Of a DNA stretch of 64,000 bases, positions 12,806 through 25,379 are shown piece by piece. Each line of letters begins with the position of its first letter. The first letter of the stretch is position 1. Under the pieces are notes generated by a model that made no database searches, was not told where the DNA came from, and was given only the letters and a program-made list of their open reading frames with translations. The position numbers and the translations under genes were made by a program. Source of the DNA: Callorhinchus milii. Its lineage: Eukaryota. The stretch covers positions 46,068,001-46,132,000 of the forward strand of contig NW_024704743.1 of NCBI RefSeq assembly GCF_018977255.1, in the 5' to 3' direction.

Positions 12806-14596
12806 AAATCAAATCAATGGCACTTAAACAACACTGGAAGAAGTTGCATTGAATGGACACCAAGGGGAATGTAAAGAGCACAAGCATACTACTTCATTTG
12901 ATGTGTGCTCATTGTGAAAATCTATTATAACCACTTGTGGAAAGATTGCTTCTCTAAGGGATGATGCTGAGTGTGGCAGTAAGTTTAGAAAACTTTGACA
13001 ATGTGATAAACAATGGGAAATCTCATCGCTCACATACACTGTCACAATGTACTAAAGGCCATCACTTGCTTAGTGAATAGCACCATTCTGTCGAGAAAAT
13101 ATACAAACAGATAAGGAACACAAAGGATAAAAATCTGAAATTGTTTAACTAACACAAAGTATATGAGGGAGATACTTGAAAGTAATGAATGACATTTCAC
13201 ATTTCAAGTTCTCATGAAAGATCAATGTTAAAAAAGTGTAATCTGTAACACAGCTATTACTTTATAAACCCAAGTAAATGGGTTCTAAGCGCTCTGAGAT
13301 GCTACCCTGCACAGAGGACACAAATATAAGTGTAAGTTGTTGTTGGAAATATTCAATAATTCGTAGGGGAAATTCCCTAAAATGTATGGTTTTCTCGGCA
13401 TTTCTTATGAATAAAATCTTTAGATCCAAAACAACATAACCCTCAGCAAATGCTGAGGACATATTAGAGTTTATAGCAGAAATTGTGTGCTTGGCTATGC
13501 TACAAATAAAATAATAGAGTCAAACGGATGCTTTTCATTACAAATGAAGAGGAATACTTTGTTACAAGTTTAAATCATAATTGTTTCAAAACATTTTGAT
13601 TTTATGTTTTCCTTTGTTTAAATAACATGAAATTATGTTGATTTACCTATGTAGCTATGCGTATTTGTAAATTGCATCATACACTGAAACATTGTTTCCA
13701 TAAGTGATTAAAAAAGAAATCTAGAAGTCTCGAAAGAACACTGAAATTTAATTTAGATTTGATCTTTCAAAATGATTTGGTTTATCATTATAAACAGGTT
13801 TTCTCTGCATTTGTTATCTATAACATCTTTAGACATGTAACAGCATGACCCTCAGCGCATGCACAACTGAGGGAAAATTAGAGTTTTTAGAAGAAATAAA
13901 TGAATTGTTTGTTTAGCTATGGTACAAATGCAGGAAATTGTGCCCTGTGGTGAATCACTTCTCTCAGGAAATGAAGAAAGCTGGATGGATTCTATGATAT
14001 GGACATTGATCTGTGTAAGGAATGGGATTGAATGGTTTGTTCTATATTTTCTTCTTCACAAAGTGTTTGCCCTCAAACTGACTCCATCAGATTTGAACAA
14101 AACCTTAGTGATAGATCGTGTCAGAACACAATTAGTATTTCAAACAAAGGTGTGGGGGGTGGAGAGTGGGCAGTTCTCTCTGCTATACTGGCCTCTCCCT
14201 CCGTCTTACATTAATTCATATTTCGCCAACAAAATACACAGTCAATTCACTTTACAATATATCCTGTGAGATGTCTCAATAATGTGATAAGGTGCTATAC
14301 CAAATGCAAGGATTATTTTTATTATTATTCACTCCAAAATATTCAAATTAATTAATTACTCACTTCATTGTTATGTGGAAGGCATTGCTGGGACAAATTA
14401 ACCCCTCTGTTTGCTAAGTTAACAACATTCACTTCATTTCTAATTAATCTCCTATTATAAAGTGCTTTGAGATGTTTTGGTTACATGAAAGATACTTCCT
14501 AAATGTAAGTTGCTGTTTGTTCTTAGATTTTCAAATGGCCACTCTGCGACTGCTATCTCCTCATGACTTCAAGATCACCTCCTTTATATGGCCATT

Positions 14597-14911
14597 GAGT
14601 CGTGTAGCTCAGTGGTTAGAGTACTCGCTTTGCAAGCGAGAGACCTGAGTTCAATTCCAGGCAGGGCGAAACCTTGGGCAAGTTTCCTTACTCCACACAC
14701 CTAATAATAATCCCTCCAAAACCAAAAACAATAATAAATTGGTCGTTTTCAATCTATGACTGTTTGTGGGACATTGCTGTGCGCGATTGGCTGCCGCGTT
14801 CGCCCACAAATATACAGTCAATTCACTTTACAGTGTGTTCTGTGAAGCGCTTTGGGACATCCTCCTGACGTGAAAAGCGCTATATCAAATGCAAGGATTA
14901 TTATTATTATT
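14597..14911 (+). mobile_element. Young full-length tRNA(Ala-like)-derived SINE with L2 tail, short subtype
   Basis: Near-identical to copies at 22.9, 42.1 and 57.8 kb. tRNA head, ttgggcaagtttcc, and a tail shared with L2 ending in (TTA)n. Confidence 0.95.
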
Positions 14912-15380
14912 ATCAGTCCCTCATTTGGGTGAGTGATAATAACCTCATGATTTCAACAGTACATTGTTTTGGGGCACATGGATCCAAGATTTCTTTATTA
15001 TATTACTGACAGTTCCTAGTATTCAGATTGTGCTCCAAGGCTATTGATTAACAACCACTTTGCAGTCACTTGCTTTTGCAGCATTTCAAAGAAGGTTGAA
15101 GAGAGGATGGCTGGTGGCCAAAGATGATCAACAGCAACATTGCAAAGCACAAGAAAGCAGAGATCTGACTACAAATCGTTCTCTTCCACAACAAGGACCA
15201 TCACTCTCATGACACGAGATTGTAAAAAGCACAGTAAAGAGAAAACTGAGAAATGGCTCAATGAATGGCTTTCATGTGAGCTCTTTCATTGACCCTCAAT
15301 AACGAGGGCAATGAGTGTAGAACACGATAGTCCTACAACAGCAGTGTGGCACAATAAGTCTGATTGTTACTAACCAGACA

Positions 15381-15522
15381 TGTGTGGCAGCTTGGCTCAG
15401 TTGGTAACACTTCTGAGTCAGAAGATTGTGGGTTCAAGCTCATGCAGGGATGTGAAACTCATCTGTCTAAGCTGACCCTCCATTGCAGACCAGGGGCCTT
15501 ATTGGAAGTGCTGTCCTTCAGG
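15381..15522 (+). mobile_element. 5' part of a Deu-domain SINE (SacSINE1-like)
   Basis: gcttggctcagttggtaacac...gagtcagaagattgtgggttcaag head, shared with the 28781 copy. Confidence 0.7.
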
Positions 15523-15924
15523 TAATCCAATGATTATTATTTTAATTTTTATCACTAGAACTGTTAAAAAGCAGAGTTGTGCGCTTTAGCTTTTTTGACA
15601 AAGGACTGGGACAAGATGCACAGCAGTAACTAGGACTGTACAGTAATATACAAAGTTGGTGAGTTTAACAGCATACCTCAGTAGCTCTGGAGTATGGATG
15701 ATCTCCTTAATCTTCTGCCAATTTGGGAATCTCACATGAAAAAGCTTTGACCCAGTAAGATTACCTGTAGATCTCAAATACAGGCAATCCTCTACCTTTA
15801 CCTTTGTATGGTCTCTCACTTGTGAGGGATATATATGTATATATATAAATTAGGAACCTTTGCAGCATTTTACAAAATTGTAAGATGTAATTTTGTGTTT
15901 CTGGATAATTGGGTTCTTTGATAA

Positions 15925-16290
15925 GATTGGGTATTACTGTGGATTAGCATGCTGCCCTTTCAGCTCAGAGATATAGAATTGAATTAATCCAGACGTATGG
16001 AATGAAAGACTTTTCTTTCTGAGGGCTGTAATGATCCTAAAGTGAAGTAAATTTGGGCAGTCTCAACCTAATTACCAGTAGCCATGAGTTTTCCGTACAA
16101 AATTGCTCCCAATTAGGTGTTAAGTTGGCAGCTTTACTGAGAAAAGCTACATAAGTAACCAGTGTGGGAAATGGAAATCTCAAACCAATATCCACTTGGT
16201 TGATGCTCTTTTGAAGTTGGAGTTAAGGCATAGTACTTTAAAAAGCAATGAACCAAGCACGTTATTTGTACCTATGCTGCCTATCGCTGC
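15925..16290 (+). mobile_element. LF-SINE-like ancient SINE
   Basis: Colinear degenerate matches to recalled LF-SINE blocks: gccctttcagctc; ggctgt..cctaaagtgaagt..ttgggcagtctcaacctaattacc; gttggcagct; gaagttggagttaaggca. Confidence 0.5.
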
Positions 16291-17302
16291 TCATACCATA
16301 TAAGGAAAAATATTACATTGCTTCGTATTCATATCTCTTACTTAATAAGCATAACAACTACCCAAACTATTACAAGATTCATAATTTACTTATAAAATAA
16401 TTCAACTCACAATTTCCAAGAAGGTGATATAAAATATTTTTGATCTTCAGTGTCCTTCTTGTAGGCTCAGCTTCATTATAATCTGTCAGTTTATCATCAA
16501 TATAGTGAAGCAATTTGAAGAAGTCAATTTGAATGAAAATCTGGGAAATAAATTGTTACAGAGATTTACTGTAGCTGAGGTTGATATAATATATATGAGC
16601 CATTTTCTAATCTTTTGAGGATTCAAGAGTACAACTTGAAAATCAAGCAACCACTATACATGTTATTCTTCAGAATGCAATGGTTAGTTATCAATCATAA
16701 TTCAAGATACTTCAAGAATATGATTATATAAGGATTGAGTAATATATTTAAAAATGTTTCATTCCAATCTCCCCAAAGGCTGTAGAGTGGAATTCATGTG
16801 AGCACGAATGGTATTTTTTTATACCATTTCTAGAAAGCAAGTTTAGGAAAATATGTTTTAATTTACATGACTTGGTCTAAGCGAATCTTTGATACATCAA
16901 TGCACCCAATTTTTATCACCTAATTAAATGAGCCTAATGGATAGACTTAATTTACACTTTTGTATGAAAGTCTTGAAGACAATGAAATGGTGATTCTCTG
17001 ATGGATGTGTACGTCTAATTCTCCAAAGGGTGGTAGCTTTAGCAGGTAAATTCTGAACAGTTTGCGCTCCCCTTTTTGAGCTGATTAGCTGCGGAAATTG
17101 CAAACGAAATTACTTTAGAGTAGAGCTGCTGGGATCACCTTGAGCATATTGATTGACACACAGTGTTAATAGTATATAGTATGAATACAGCTGGCAAATT
17201 GGCATAGTCTCTCTTCATCGAGGCTTAATAATTTGGTTTGGCCAGTGGACTGCACAGAACTTTAAAGGGATATTTTTTAAATATTATTAAAGAATTGGTT
17301 TA

Positions 17303-17386
17303 AATTTTACTAACTGATGTTAGGTTTTAGTATTAAAAACTAAAACCAGTTTTTAATACTAACACCTAACATCAGTTAGTAAAATT
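17303..17386. repeat. Near-perfect palindrome: 39-bp arms, 1 mismatch, 6-nt loop
   Basis: 17303-17341 is the reverse complement of 17348-17386. Confidence 0.95.
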
Positions 17387-18244
17387 GAAAACGAACTATC
17401 CTTAGTAACAATAAAATATAGTTAGTGGATTTGTGTTAGCTGAGGAGAATTCTGCACATGCTCAGTATCTGGTGAAAGCCTTAGAGAGTGGAGAATACAG
17501 ACTTAGCTTCCCACTCTAAATTGTTTTACACGACTCAGCAAAATATATGCTCACTCACCAAGATCCATTTGGAGAATCACCCCCTTTAATTCTTTGAGCT
17601 TCTTCAAACGCATGATACACTGATACCTCCTTCCGAGGTATCTCTATAGCATGTGTATGATTCTAAAAACAAATCTTGGAACTAAACCCAGTTGATCCGG
17701 ATTTTGATTAAAATCTTCCCAATCATGTTTTTTTGAACCTCTGCTACCTTCCAATTTTCTATGTGATTTAAAAATCTCTTATCTGAAACTGATAAAGTAT
17801 TACTTATGTCTTACTGACAAATAAATTGCCTCATAATATAAACTGTGTTTATTACTGGAAAATCCTGTAAGTCATGCTGATGTGAAACCGTGGTTCCACT
17901 CCGAAAACTCACTTGGAGCAGAGTTCTCACAAGATGATGTGATACACCAGACAGTCTAAGGAAAAAAACCTAACTTGAATCCCGAGGAGTGCTTTTTCAA
18001 CTCCAACATGTCTTTCCTTCTTTCAAGGCTTTACCTGTAGAAAATATCTAGAAAAATAGTAGAAAATAGAAAATCAAGCTGCTTTTTAAATGGGTCGAAT
18101 GTAATGGCCTCAATCACCTTTTGTGGCAACCTGTCCCAATCATTGATTACCATCTCAGTAAAGAAACACTTCCTGGTGTCTGTCCTGAAATTGCCCTTTA
18201 CAACTCTAAACCTAACCTATCTATGTCTTCCGTTTGACTGATTT

Positions 18245-19310
18245 ACATAGGAACATAGGAATATAGGAACAGGAGGAGAATGTTCAGTCCTTCGAGCCTG
18301 TTCCACCATTTAATTATTAATTTGAGCCTGACTGATCTGAACCTCTCAACTAATCCTTTCAATTCCAATTTCCCGCTTTCTCCCCATATCCCTTAATACC
18401 CTGACCTACCAAAAATCTATCAACCTCACTCTTGAAGGTGTGGAGACGGATCCAGCATCCACAGCCTTTTGGGGGAGAGAATTCCAGATTTCTACAACCC
18501 TTTTGGAGTGAAAAACTGCTTCCTGATTTCACTCTTAAATGGCCTGGTTCTCATTTTAAGACTCTGACTCTTTGTTCTGGATTCCCCCATCAGAGGAAAT
18601 AGCTTCTCTGTATCTATCCCATCAAACCCCTTTATCATCTTAAATACCTCAATCAAATCACCCCTCAACCTTCTAAACTCAAGGGAATACAATCCAAGTT
18701 TACGCAGCCTTTCTTCGTAACTTAACCCTTTTAGGTCTGGTAACATTCTGGTGAACCTGCACTGCACCCCCTCCAGGGCCAATATATCTTTCCTGAGGTG
18801 TGGTGCCCAAAACTGAACGCAGTACTGCAGATGGGGTCTGACTGACGCTCTATACAGCTGAAGCATCATTTCTTCCATTTTTTATTCCAGGCGGCTTGAA
18901 ATAAAGGCCAACATTTCATTCACCTTTTTGATTACTTTTTGCACCTGGAAACTAGCTTTTAGTGATTTGTGGATATGGGCACCCAAAACTCTTTGCTCCT
19001 CCACAGTTCTTGATTTCTCCCCGTTAAGAAAATATTCTGCTTTATCTTTTTTCGGTCCATAGTGGATGACCTCACACTTCCTTACATTGAATTCCATTTG
19101 CCACAACTTTGCCCACTCACTTAATTTGTCTAAGTCCCTTTGTAACTTCTTACTCCCATCTACACAATTTACTGAGCCTCCTAGCTTAGCTTAGTGTCAT
19201 ATGCAAACTTGAATATAAAACTTTCTATTCCTTCATCCAAATCATTTATATATATGACAAATAGCTGGTGTTCCAACAGAAACCCTTGGGGGACACCACT
19301 TGTCACATCT
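18245..19310 (-). mobile_element. CR1 LINE, 5'-truncated (ORF2 C-terminus plus 3' octamer tail)
   Basis: WQMEFNVRKCEVIH, VRPHLQYCVQFWAP and RRLRGDLIEVFK motifs, with a (TTCCTATG)n-type tail. Confidence 0.95.
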
Positions 19311-19749
19311 AAGAAAAAGCATCCTTTATTGCATCCTAAAGTATTAATTTGGGTTTACTGAATACGTCAAGTATTTACCTGATTTGAATTAATTTTCTTC
19401 ATCAAATTATGAAACACATATACATTGCCCTGATTTTATGTCAAAGTTTGCAAAAGTGTAATTTTAGCGAATGTTCACAAAAAGGATGTGTACTTTAGGA
19501 AGAAACCTACAGGTGGCTCCCACCTCAAAGCCTCCAACCCTGAAGAGGAGAGTATTGCAATATGAAACACTCTCCTCTGCAGAAATTTCTGCTGTGTCTG
19601 GGCTCCCCCTCCAGAACCTCTCTTGCTTGGATAGTTAAATGTAGAATTCTCCTTAACTATATTTATATTTTTAACATTTAAGCATTTTCTAACATTGCAT
19701 CAATAAGTTTTGGTTCCAGAAATAGTTTTCAGCTGGCTAGAAATAAGAA

Positions 19750-20130
19750 AGAACATGTATTTTTAAAGTGGTTTTCACAAAGCATTTCAAAATACTTAAC
19801 AGCAATTATTGTTAAGTGGAGAGACTCTTTTTGTAACATCTGTTTTGTACATAACAAGGTTTCAAGGTTTTGTACAATACAAGGTAATGACTACTTAATC
19901 TGGAAGACTTAGCCAGGATACTGGGAGAACCCCCTCTTTTCAAACAGTGACACAGAAACTTTAATGTTCATGTGACAGATCCTGAGTTTAGTAACTCATC
20001 ACTTCCAAAAATGCACCACTGGACAACACTGGGGCATCAGCCTTGACTATGAGCTCAAATTACAACGTGGGTCTTCGACCCAAAATCTTTAATCTAGAGG
20101 AGAGAGTGCTGCTAACTGCGCCAACTGATA
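19750..20130 (-). mobile_element. Degenerate Deu-domain SINE
   Basis: Reverse-complement similarity to 28781-29200. Confidence 0.6.
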
Positions 20131-20214
20131 CCTAGAATGTGTCTTCCCACACCTCTTTGTGAGACAATGGATAAAACAATTCAATGTTGTTTAAAAAATG
20201 ACACACCTGATCAC

Positions 20215-20775
20215 TCCTTGGAATTGAACTGATTCCAAGGTGGCATGCCTGGCAATGGAATCGAGAATCGAGCCAGTTTTCTGTGGCGGTCTCGGTAGTC
20301 CAGTTCCTAAGCCAGGCGGGTCTGCAGTATTCCAGAACACTGCTGATGCCAGCACAGCCGGCCTGGCTCATCGGCAGGACCTGGAAGGGCAGACCAGTCA
20401 CTGGTAGGAGGGAGTCATCCCACTCAGCTCCTGTTAACCCTGCAGCCAAAGTGCCAACGAGCTGGACAAGCAGCAGGAAAGCTTACTAGACAGCAATATC
20501 AATGGCAAGCTGCGTGGTTTAGCTGGTTGGACTCCAACACACGCTCTGGGGTCCCCAAGCCTTGGCTCTCTTTTGCCCACCTGTGCCTAATACTTTCCGG
20601 AATTAGGTAAACAGGATGCGTCCCTCCAGGGGAGAGTGCACATTCCATTCCAGCACTCAATCTCTGGGATTTCCATGTATAGCTGGGAGGCATGGAAATC
20701 TCAGCTTGGTTTGGATACTCTTAAGCATAGTGATGGATTTCCACATGTGTCAAACATCCGGCTGACCAAAAAAAA
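20215..20775 (+). mobile_element. Unclassified dispersed repeat ending in an A-run (copies at about 30860-31300 -, 41240-41590 +, 46920-47095 +)
   Basis: Shared blocks: ccttggarytgaactg, cccactcagctcctgttaac, tttggatactct and gtttccacatgt...ctgacc. Confidence 0.75.
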
Positions 20776-22049
20776 CCACTGACTCTACCATTATATTTAC
20801 CTTTGTACGTACCACTGAACCTGTGCTTCCTGTTGCATTTAGTAAAGTTGCCAATTTTCCAAATAGTGTTACCATGTAACAAATCATAGAAGTCAAGGAC
20901 TTAATTTCTTTTCATTATGGTACATAATAATCCATTTTGTTCATGTTACATATTGTACAGCTTAACTTGCTTTTCATGGGAAGCCAGAATGTAATGGATT
21001 TGAAAATAGGTCAGTTTTACTCAGCACTAACTGATTGGGGAGCTGCCCAGCTCTTGTCCAAATTACCTTTGGGTCCAGGAAATGTAATCTGCTTTGATTT
21101 ATTGATTAATAATTTAGTCAAGTCTTACTAAAATCACAACTAGGCTTTTTATAACCAAAAGATTTGTTACTCAGATGCAACACATTAGCAAACAGTTGAA
21201 TTACATCATTTAGTGAGCAATAAAACTGAATATGACAGGCAAACGTTATGAAGGTGTATAGAATTGCTTTAACAAAACTCAATATAATCGCAAATTGTAT
21301 CATATCGATACATTGCAGGAAAACTTTCACAGTGTAACAGAGGGGGGTGGTGGGGTCAACATTTATTCTTGATCCTCATTTAATCTCACCCAAAATCTCA
21401 TTAGGCAATAATGAATGGATAAGAAAACATAAGTGTATCAGACCTCTTCTGCTACCAGTGGCTATTTTGACATGATACAAAACTGTTGCCTAAAACCAAC
21501 TGTAGCATATCAGGGGATTTACTGGCCAGTAAAACTCCTGATATTCTTGCAGTTTGGGTTAATTATTGCCATTAGATAATTGCTAAAGTTTTGAACTTTG
21601 ATTTTCAAGATTACACATATCACAGCAGTGACACTGATCAATGAAGCGGCCTGAGACTGAGGGAGTACTAGAAAGAGTTTAAAATCATTTAGAATAAAAA
21701 TCCCCACTCTCGTCTTTCCTCGGCAATAATGTTAAAATGTTCTACTCTCCACGGATAATGTTTCCAATGCGACCCAGCTCAAATACGTATTGCATTTAGG
21801 TCTGGAAGAGTGAACTCTTGACTGTTTTCTTTGTAAATGCCACTGCCCTCCCCACTGTGCATCTAGTTCTGAGCTCAGGGGCTGGCAGGCAGGAACCGGC
21901 AGAGCAGAGAGGTCAGACCCATTTGTAAACAAAGTGTGTGGCACTGGAGTTCGACCTCACCTGTAAAGAGATAAAAGTTCTGAAATAAGATTGGCTACAT
22001 TTAAAGTGGTCTTTTGGTAAGTGATGTGCTTCAACAACAATACTCAACT

Positions 22050-22460
22050 AGTGTAATTGAAGCCTTAAGGCCCGGAAGGAGATTAAAATCAAGACTGTAA
22101 TTGATTAGATTACTTTTATTCGAAATTTGAAAAGATTCTGAAGGATGAATAGTGAAGTATTATTCCTGCTGGTTCAGTAAATCAGTAACTAGGGGCATAA
22201 ATTCAATATTGTCAAGGAGTTGTTGAGGAGGAGGTTAGAAGAAAGTTTTTCACACGCAGCATTGTTCAAACATGAAATGCTGTGCCACAAAGTAGCTTTT
22301 GACACTGAAGCCATAACAACATTTAAAGCAGAATTAGCAAACATTTATAAGTAACAGTATGAAAGGGATGGAGAAAGAAATTGGGGTTTTAGCTGCTGTG
22401 GATGAATTAGTACCAGCATATGCTCGAGAGACTTCCCCTGTGCTATGGTTTCTATGATTC
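22050..22460 (+). mobile_element. Old CR1 3' fragment
   Basis: actaggggcataaattcaa...aaagtttttcacacgcag...tgtgctatggtttctatgattcta tail. Confidence 0.65.
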
Positions 22461-22774
22461 TATACTTTTATTACTGTTGTAAATACGCTGACAGAATCCT
22501 TTGTTGCCTCAACAATGTTTTTATACATATCGATTTAGGGGGAGCTAGGGGAACAATTGCACCCTGTAATGGTCATTTAGTGAGTGCAATCCGCTCACAT
22601 TTGCAATCTAGTATGTCCGTGTCCATTATATTTATTTTATAGGGTCAACTGTGGAAAAGTCAGCATGGAACTGACAACCTGGTAAGAAGTGTGGAGAAAT
22701 ATTATTTGAATCCACTATTCAGGGGAAGGTGTGGGATTTTATTGACCTGACTGGTTACAGTCATATTATAACTT

Positions 22775-23280
22775 ACAACAACAACAACTTGCCCTTCACG
22801 CAGGGAGCTTAACAGTGACACAGCCTGATGCTGAGCCGGGGGGAGGTGACCGTGGACACGGTCGAAGAGGAAGGTCTTAAGTTGTGATTTGAAAATGGAG
22901 ATGGAGGGGACAAGGCTGAGGGGTTGATAGTAATAATAATAATAATAATAATCCTTGCATTTGACATAGCGCTTTTCAGGTCGGGAAGACGTCCCAAAGC
23001 GCTTCACAGAACACACTGTAAAGTGAATTGACTGTATATTTGTGGGCGAACGCAGCAGGCAATTGCGCACAGCAATGTCCCACAAACAGTCGTAGATTGA
23101 AAATGACCAATTAATTATTGTTTTGTTTTGGAGGGATTATTATTAGGCGTGTGGAGTAAGGAAACTTGCCCAAGGTTTCGCCTTGATGGAAAGAGTTCCA
23201 ATGTTTTGAAGCATCGTGACTGAAAGCACAGCCACCGATGGGTCGAACAGAGGGGATGAAGGATATGCAGGAGGCCAAAG
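22775..23280 (-). mobile_element. L2 3' end interrupted by a 5'-truncated young SINE (22931-23183)
   Basis: L2 tail and FKSQLKTFLFD flank a SINE copy, with ttgat on both sides. Confidence 0.85.
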
Positions 23281-23379
23281 CCTGTGGGATGGTGGATACA
23301 GTGTGTATTTACCTACTGAGTCATTGAGTGAGCTCTTGGCTAGTTATTCAGTTCAATGAATTTGAGGCAAATATCAGGG

Positions 23380-24340
23380 GATTGGAAAATAGCAAATGTT
23401 ACTCTCATCTTTGAACACGTGGCTAGAGATGAACTGTCAAACTACAGACTGATAAGCTTCAGGGCAATTGTAGTGGAAATTTTGAAACAATTGATGAAAA
23501 GTCATCTTGAGTTTCACACGGTAAGATAAATCATAGCCAGACACAATTGTTTTAGCAGTGGGAGGTTGTACTTCACAATTTATTGAATATCCTTGAGGAT
23601 CTTACAGATCTAATGTTGAGATGGTGGACTTTATTTAGCAAGATTTTAGACAGGCATTTGACACACAATAGATGACTACATGTGGTTCAGGCATGTTATC
23701 AATGTGCCATCAAGGAATGGAAGCAATATATTCAATTAGATTAACAAATAATTATTTAATAGAAAGCAATGAGTAGGGGTGTATGCGAAAGTGTCTGTCA
23801 GTGAATCAGTTCTTAGCAGTGTGTCATAGAGGTTGATATGGAGACCACTATTATTTATAATTATTATAAATGATTTAGAGACCTGATTTTATGCATGCAA
23901 ATTAGGAAGAGTGGCAACAGATGAGAAAGAATACAACAACAAAACTGAATATATAGGCACAAAGGTGGCAGAGGCTGTTCAATGTCCCGAAGCACAAGAA
24001 AGGAGAGTGTATAATGTGTGTTGAATTAAAATTTATCAGAAGGGTGGGACTTGGGGATTTTGGTAGGTATAAACAGTATTCCAGGCAGTTAAGACAGTAA
24101 ATCAATGATAGCTAAGGGAGTAATGTAGAAAGTCAATAGGAAATTGCAAAATTGTATGGTCTTTGTGAGATCATATCTGGAGTACTGCATACAGTTTTGG
24201 TCTCTCTATGACAAAAAAGATATTCAGTTGTTGAAGAGGCTGCAGTAGAGGATTACTTGGAGTGCAGAACAGTGAGGGAAGATTGGTCACCCGAGTACTT
24301 CTCTCTTCTGAAAAGAGAAAACTTGATGGAAGTGCTTAAA
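23380..24340 (+). mobile_element. Very old CR1 ORF2 fragment
   Basis: Degenerate NYRLISF, DFRQAFD, LLFIIIINDL and VRSYLEYCIQFWS motifs. Confidence 0.7.
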
Positions 24341-24554
24341 ATTCCATCCTATATAAATGCAAATTGTTGTTGCTAAATTGTATCATAAATATGATTTCAA
24401 AAAGAAACTAAATTAATTATTGAATCTAAAATGATTTGAGGTTATTCGGAAATAAGATGTGTCAAAGGAATATTTGGTAGGTTGAGTGGGTAAACTAGGT
24501 CAATGGTCTATTTCTCTGTGAAACTATTGATACAATATGTTGCTAAGATTTCAA

Positions 24555-24933
24555 CCTGTAGCCTCGGTCACGTGGTGAAAATGTTTCAAAACACTTCACA
24601 CTGAAGTGTAGTGACTGTGTATTTGCAGGTGAACGAGGCAGCCGATTTGTGTACAACAGCGTGCCACAAGCAACCAAATTTATCTGTGGGATTGTTGGCC
24701 AGGACACCAAGAGAAACTCCCTTCTCTTTTTAAGTAGTGCCAGGGGATCTGTAACATCCACCTGGACAGGCAGACAGGACCTTGGTTTAATGTTTCATCT
24801 GAAGGGCACCACCTCCAGCAATGCAGTACACCCCCAACACTGCACTGGAATGTCAAAGTCCCCAATGTGGGTCTTGAACCCACAACCTTCTGACTCAGAG
24901 GGGAGAGTGCTACCAACTGCCTGAGGCTGACAC
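24555..24933 (-). mobile_element. Deu-domain SINE (SacSINE1-like)
   Basis: Reverse complement: gtgtcagcc..gcagttggtagcactctc..gagtcagaaggttgtgggttcaag..ggaggtggtg..cagatgaaacattaaaccaagg..agatccc.ggcactac. Confidence 0.85.
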
Positions 24934-25379
24934 CGGAGTACACACCTCCTCCTTTACTTACCATCCATTTTTCTTCGCTTACCGTTCCGATATCTTGCAC
25001 ATAAAAGAAATATTCTGGTATGTATGTGCATTGAAAAATGGTGCCTCCCACATCCATTATTAACAAAGTGCCATCAGCCTTCATGTCGACATGTGGGGAC
25101 GGTTAACAAGTTCCAGCAGCAATTTTTCTTTTTTTTAAAAAAAAAATGGGTTAAATCTTACAGTGGCACTGCCAAGTTTTAATATGCATAGTTTAGTTTT
25201 TGATATATTCGTCTTGAGGTGGTGAGATGGACCTGGGCCGCCTGCAGTGTGCCAGCACTGTGCTGCTGTGTCAGTTCTAACGCTGTGGGGGAGAGGAGCT
25301 GACAAGGCACTGCTGAGCAATGATTTTTGAAGTTGATGCAATGGACTCGGGATTCATCAAATAAGTTTTTATTATTATA

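Larger units (their letters stand above)
5852..17260 (+). pseudogene. Decayed multi-exon gene with three tandem helical units (MLKL-N/4HB-like). Pseudo-exons at about 5852-6040, 6329-6474, 8480-8987, 12820-12978, 13917-14014, 14527-14928 (SINE inside), 15082-15370, 16465-16682 and about 17190-17260
   Basis: Most pieces have canonical AG/GT boundaries with largely compatible phases. Recurrent motifs: IVKMRAHLYSNER*G / LKQ-LEEVALNGHQG / IVKQFEEVNLNENLG; K-ALLGWIL / KKAGWIL; HSKSLSSRLQ / HSATAISS*LQ / HSLSSSRLN. Many stops are one C>T change from CGA, CAG or CAA. Frameshifts are present. Confidence 0.6.

Noticed and set aside
14597..14670. tRNA-Ala(TGC)-like sequences (also at 6802, 7669, 42300, 53020 and 58075)
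   Set aside because: They are SINE heads fused to a constant body and L2 tail, not free tRNA genes.
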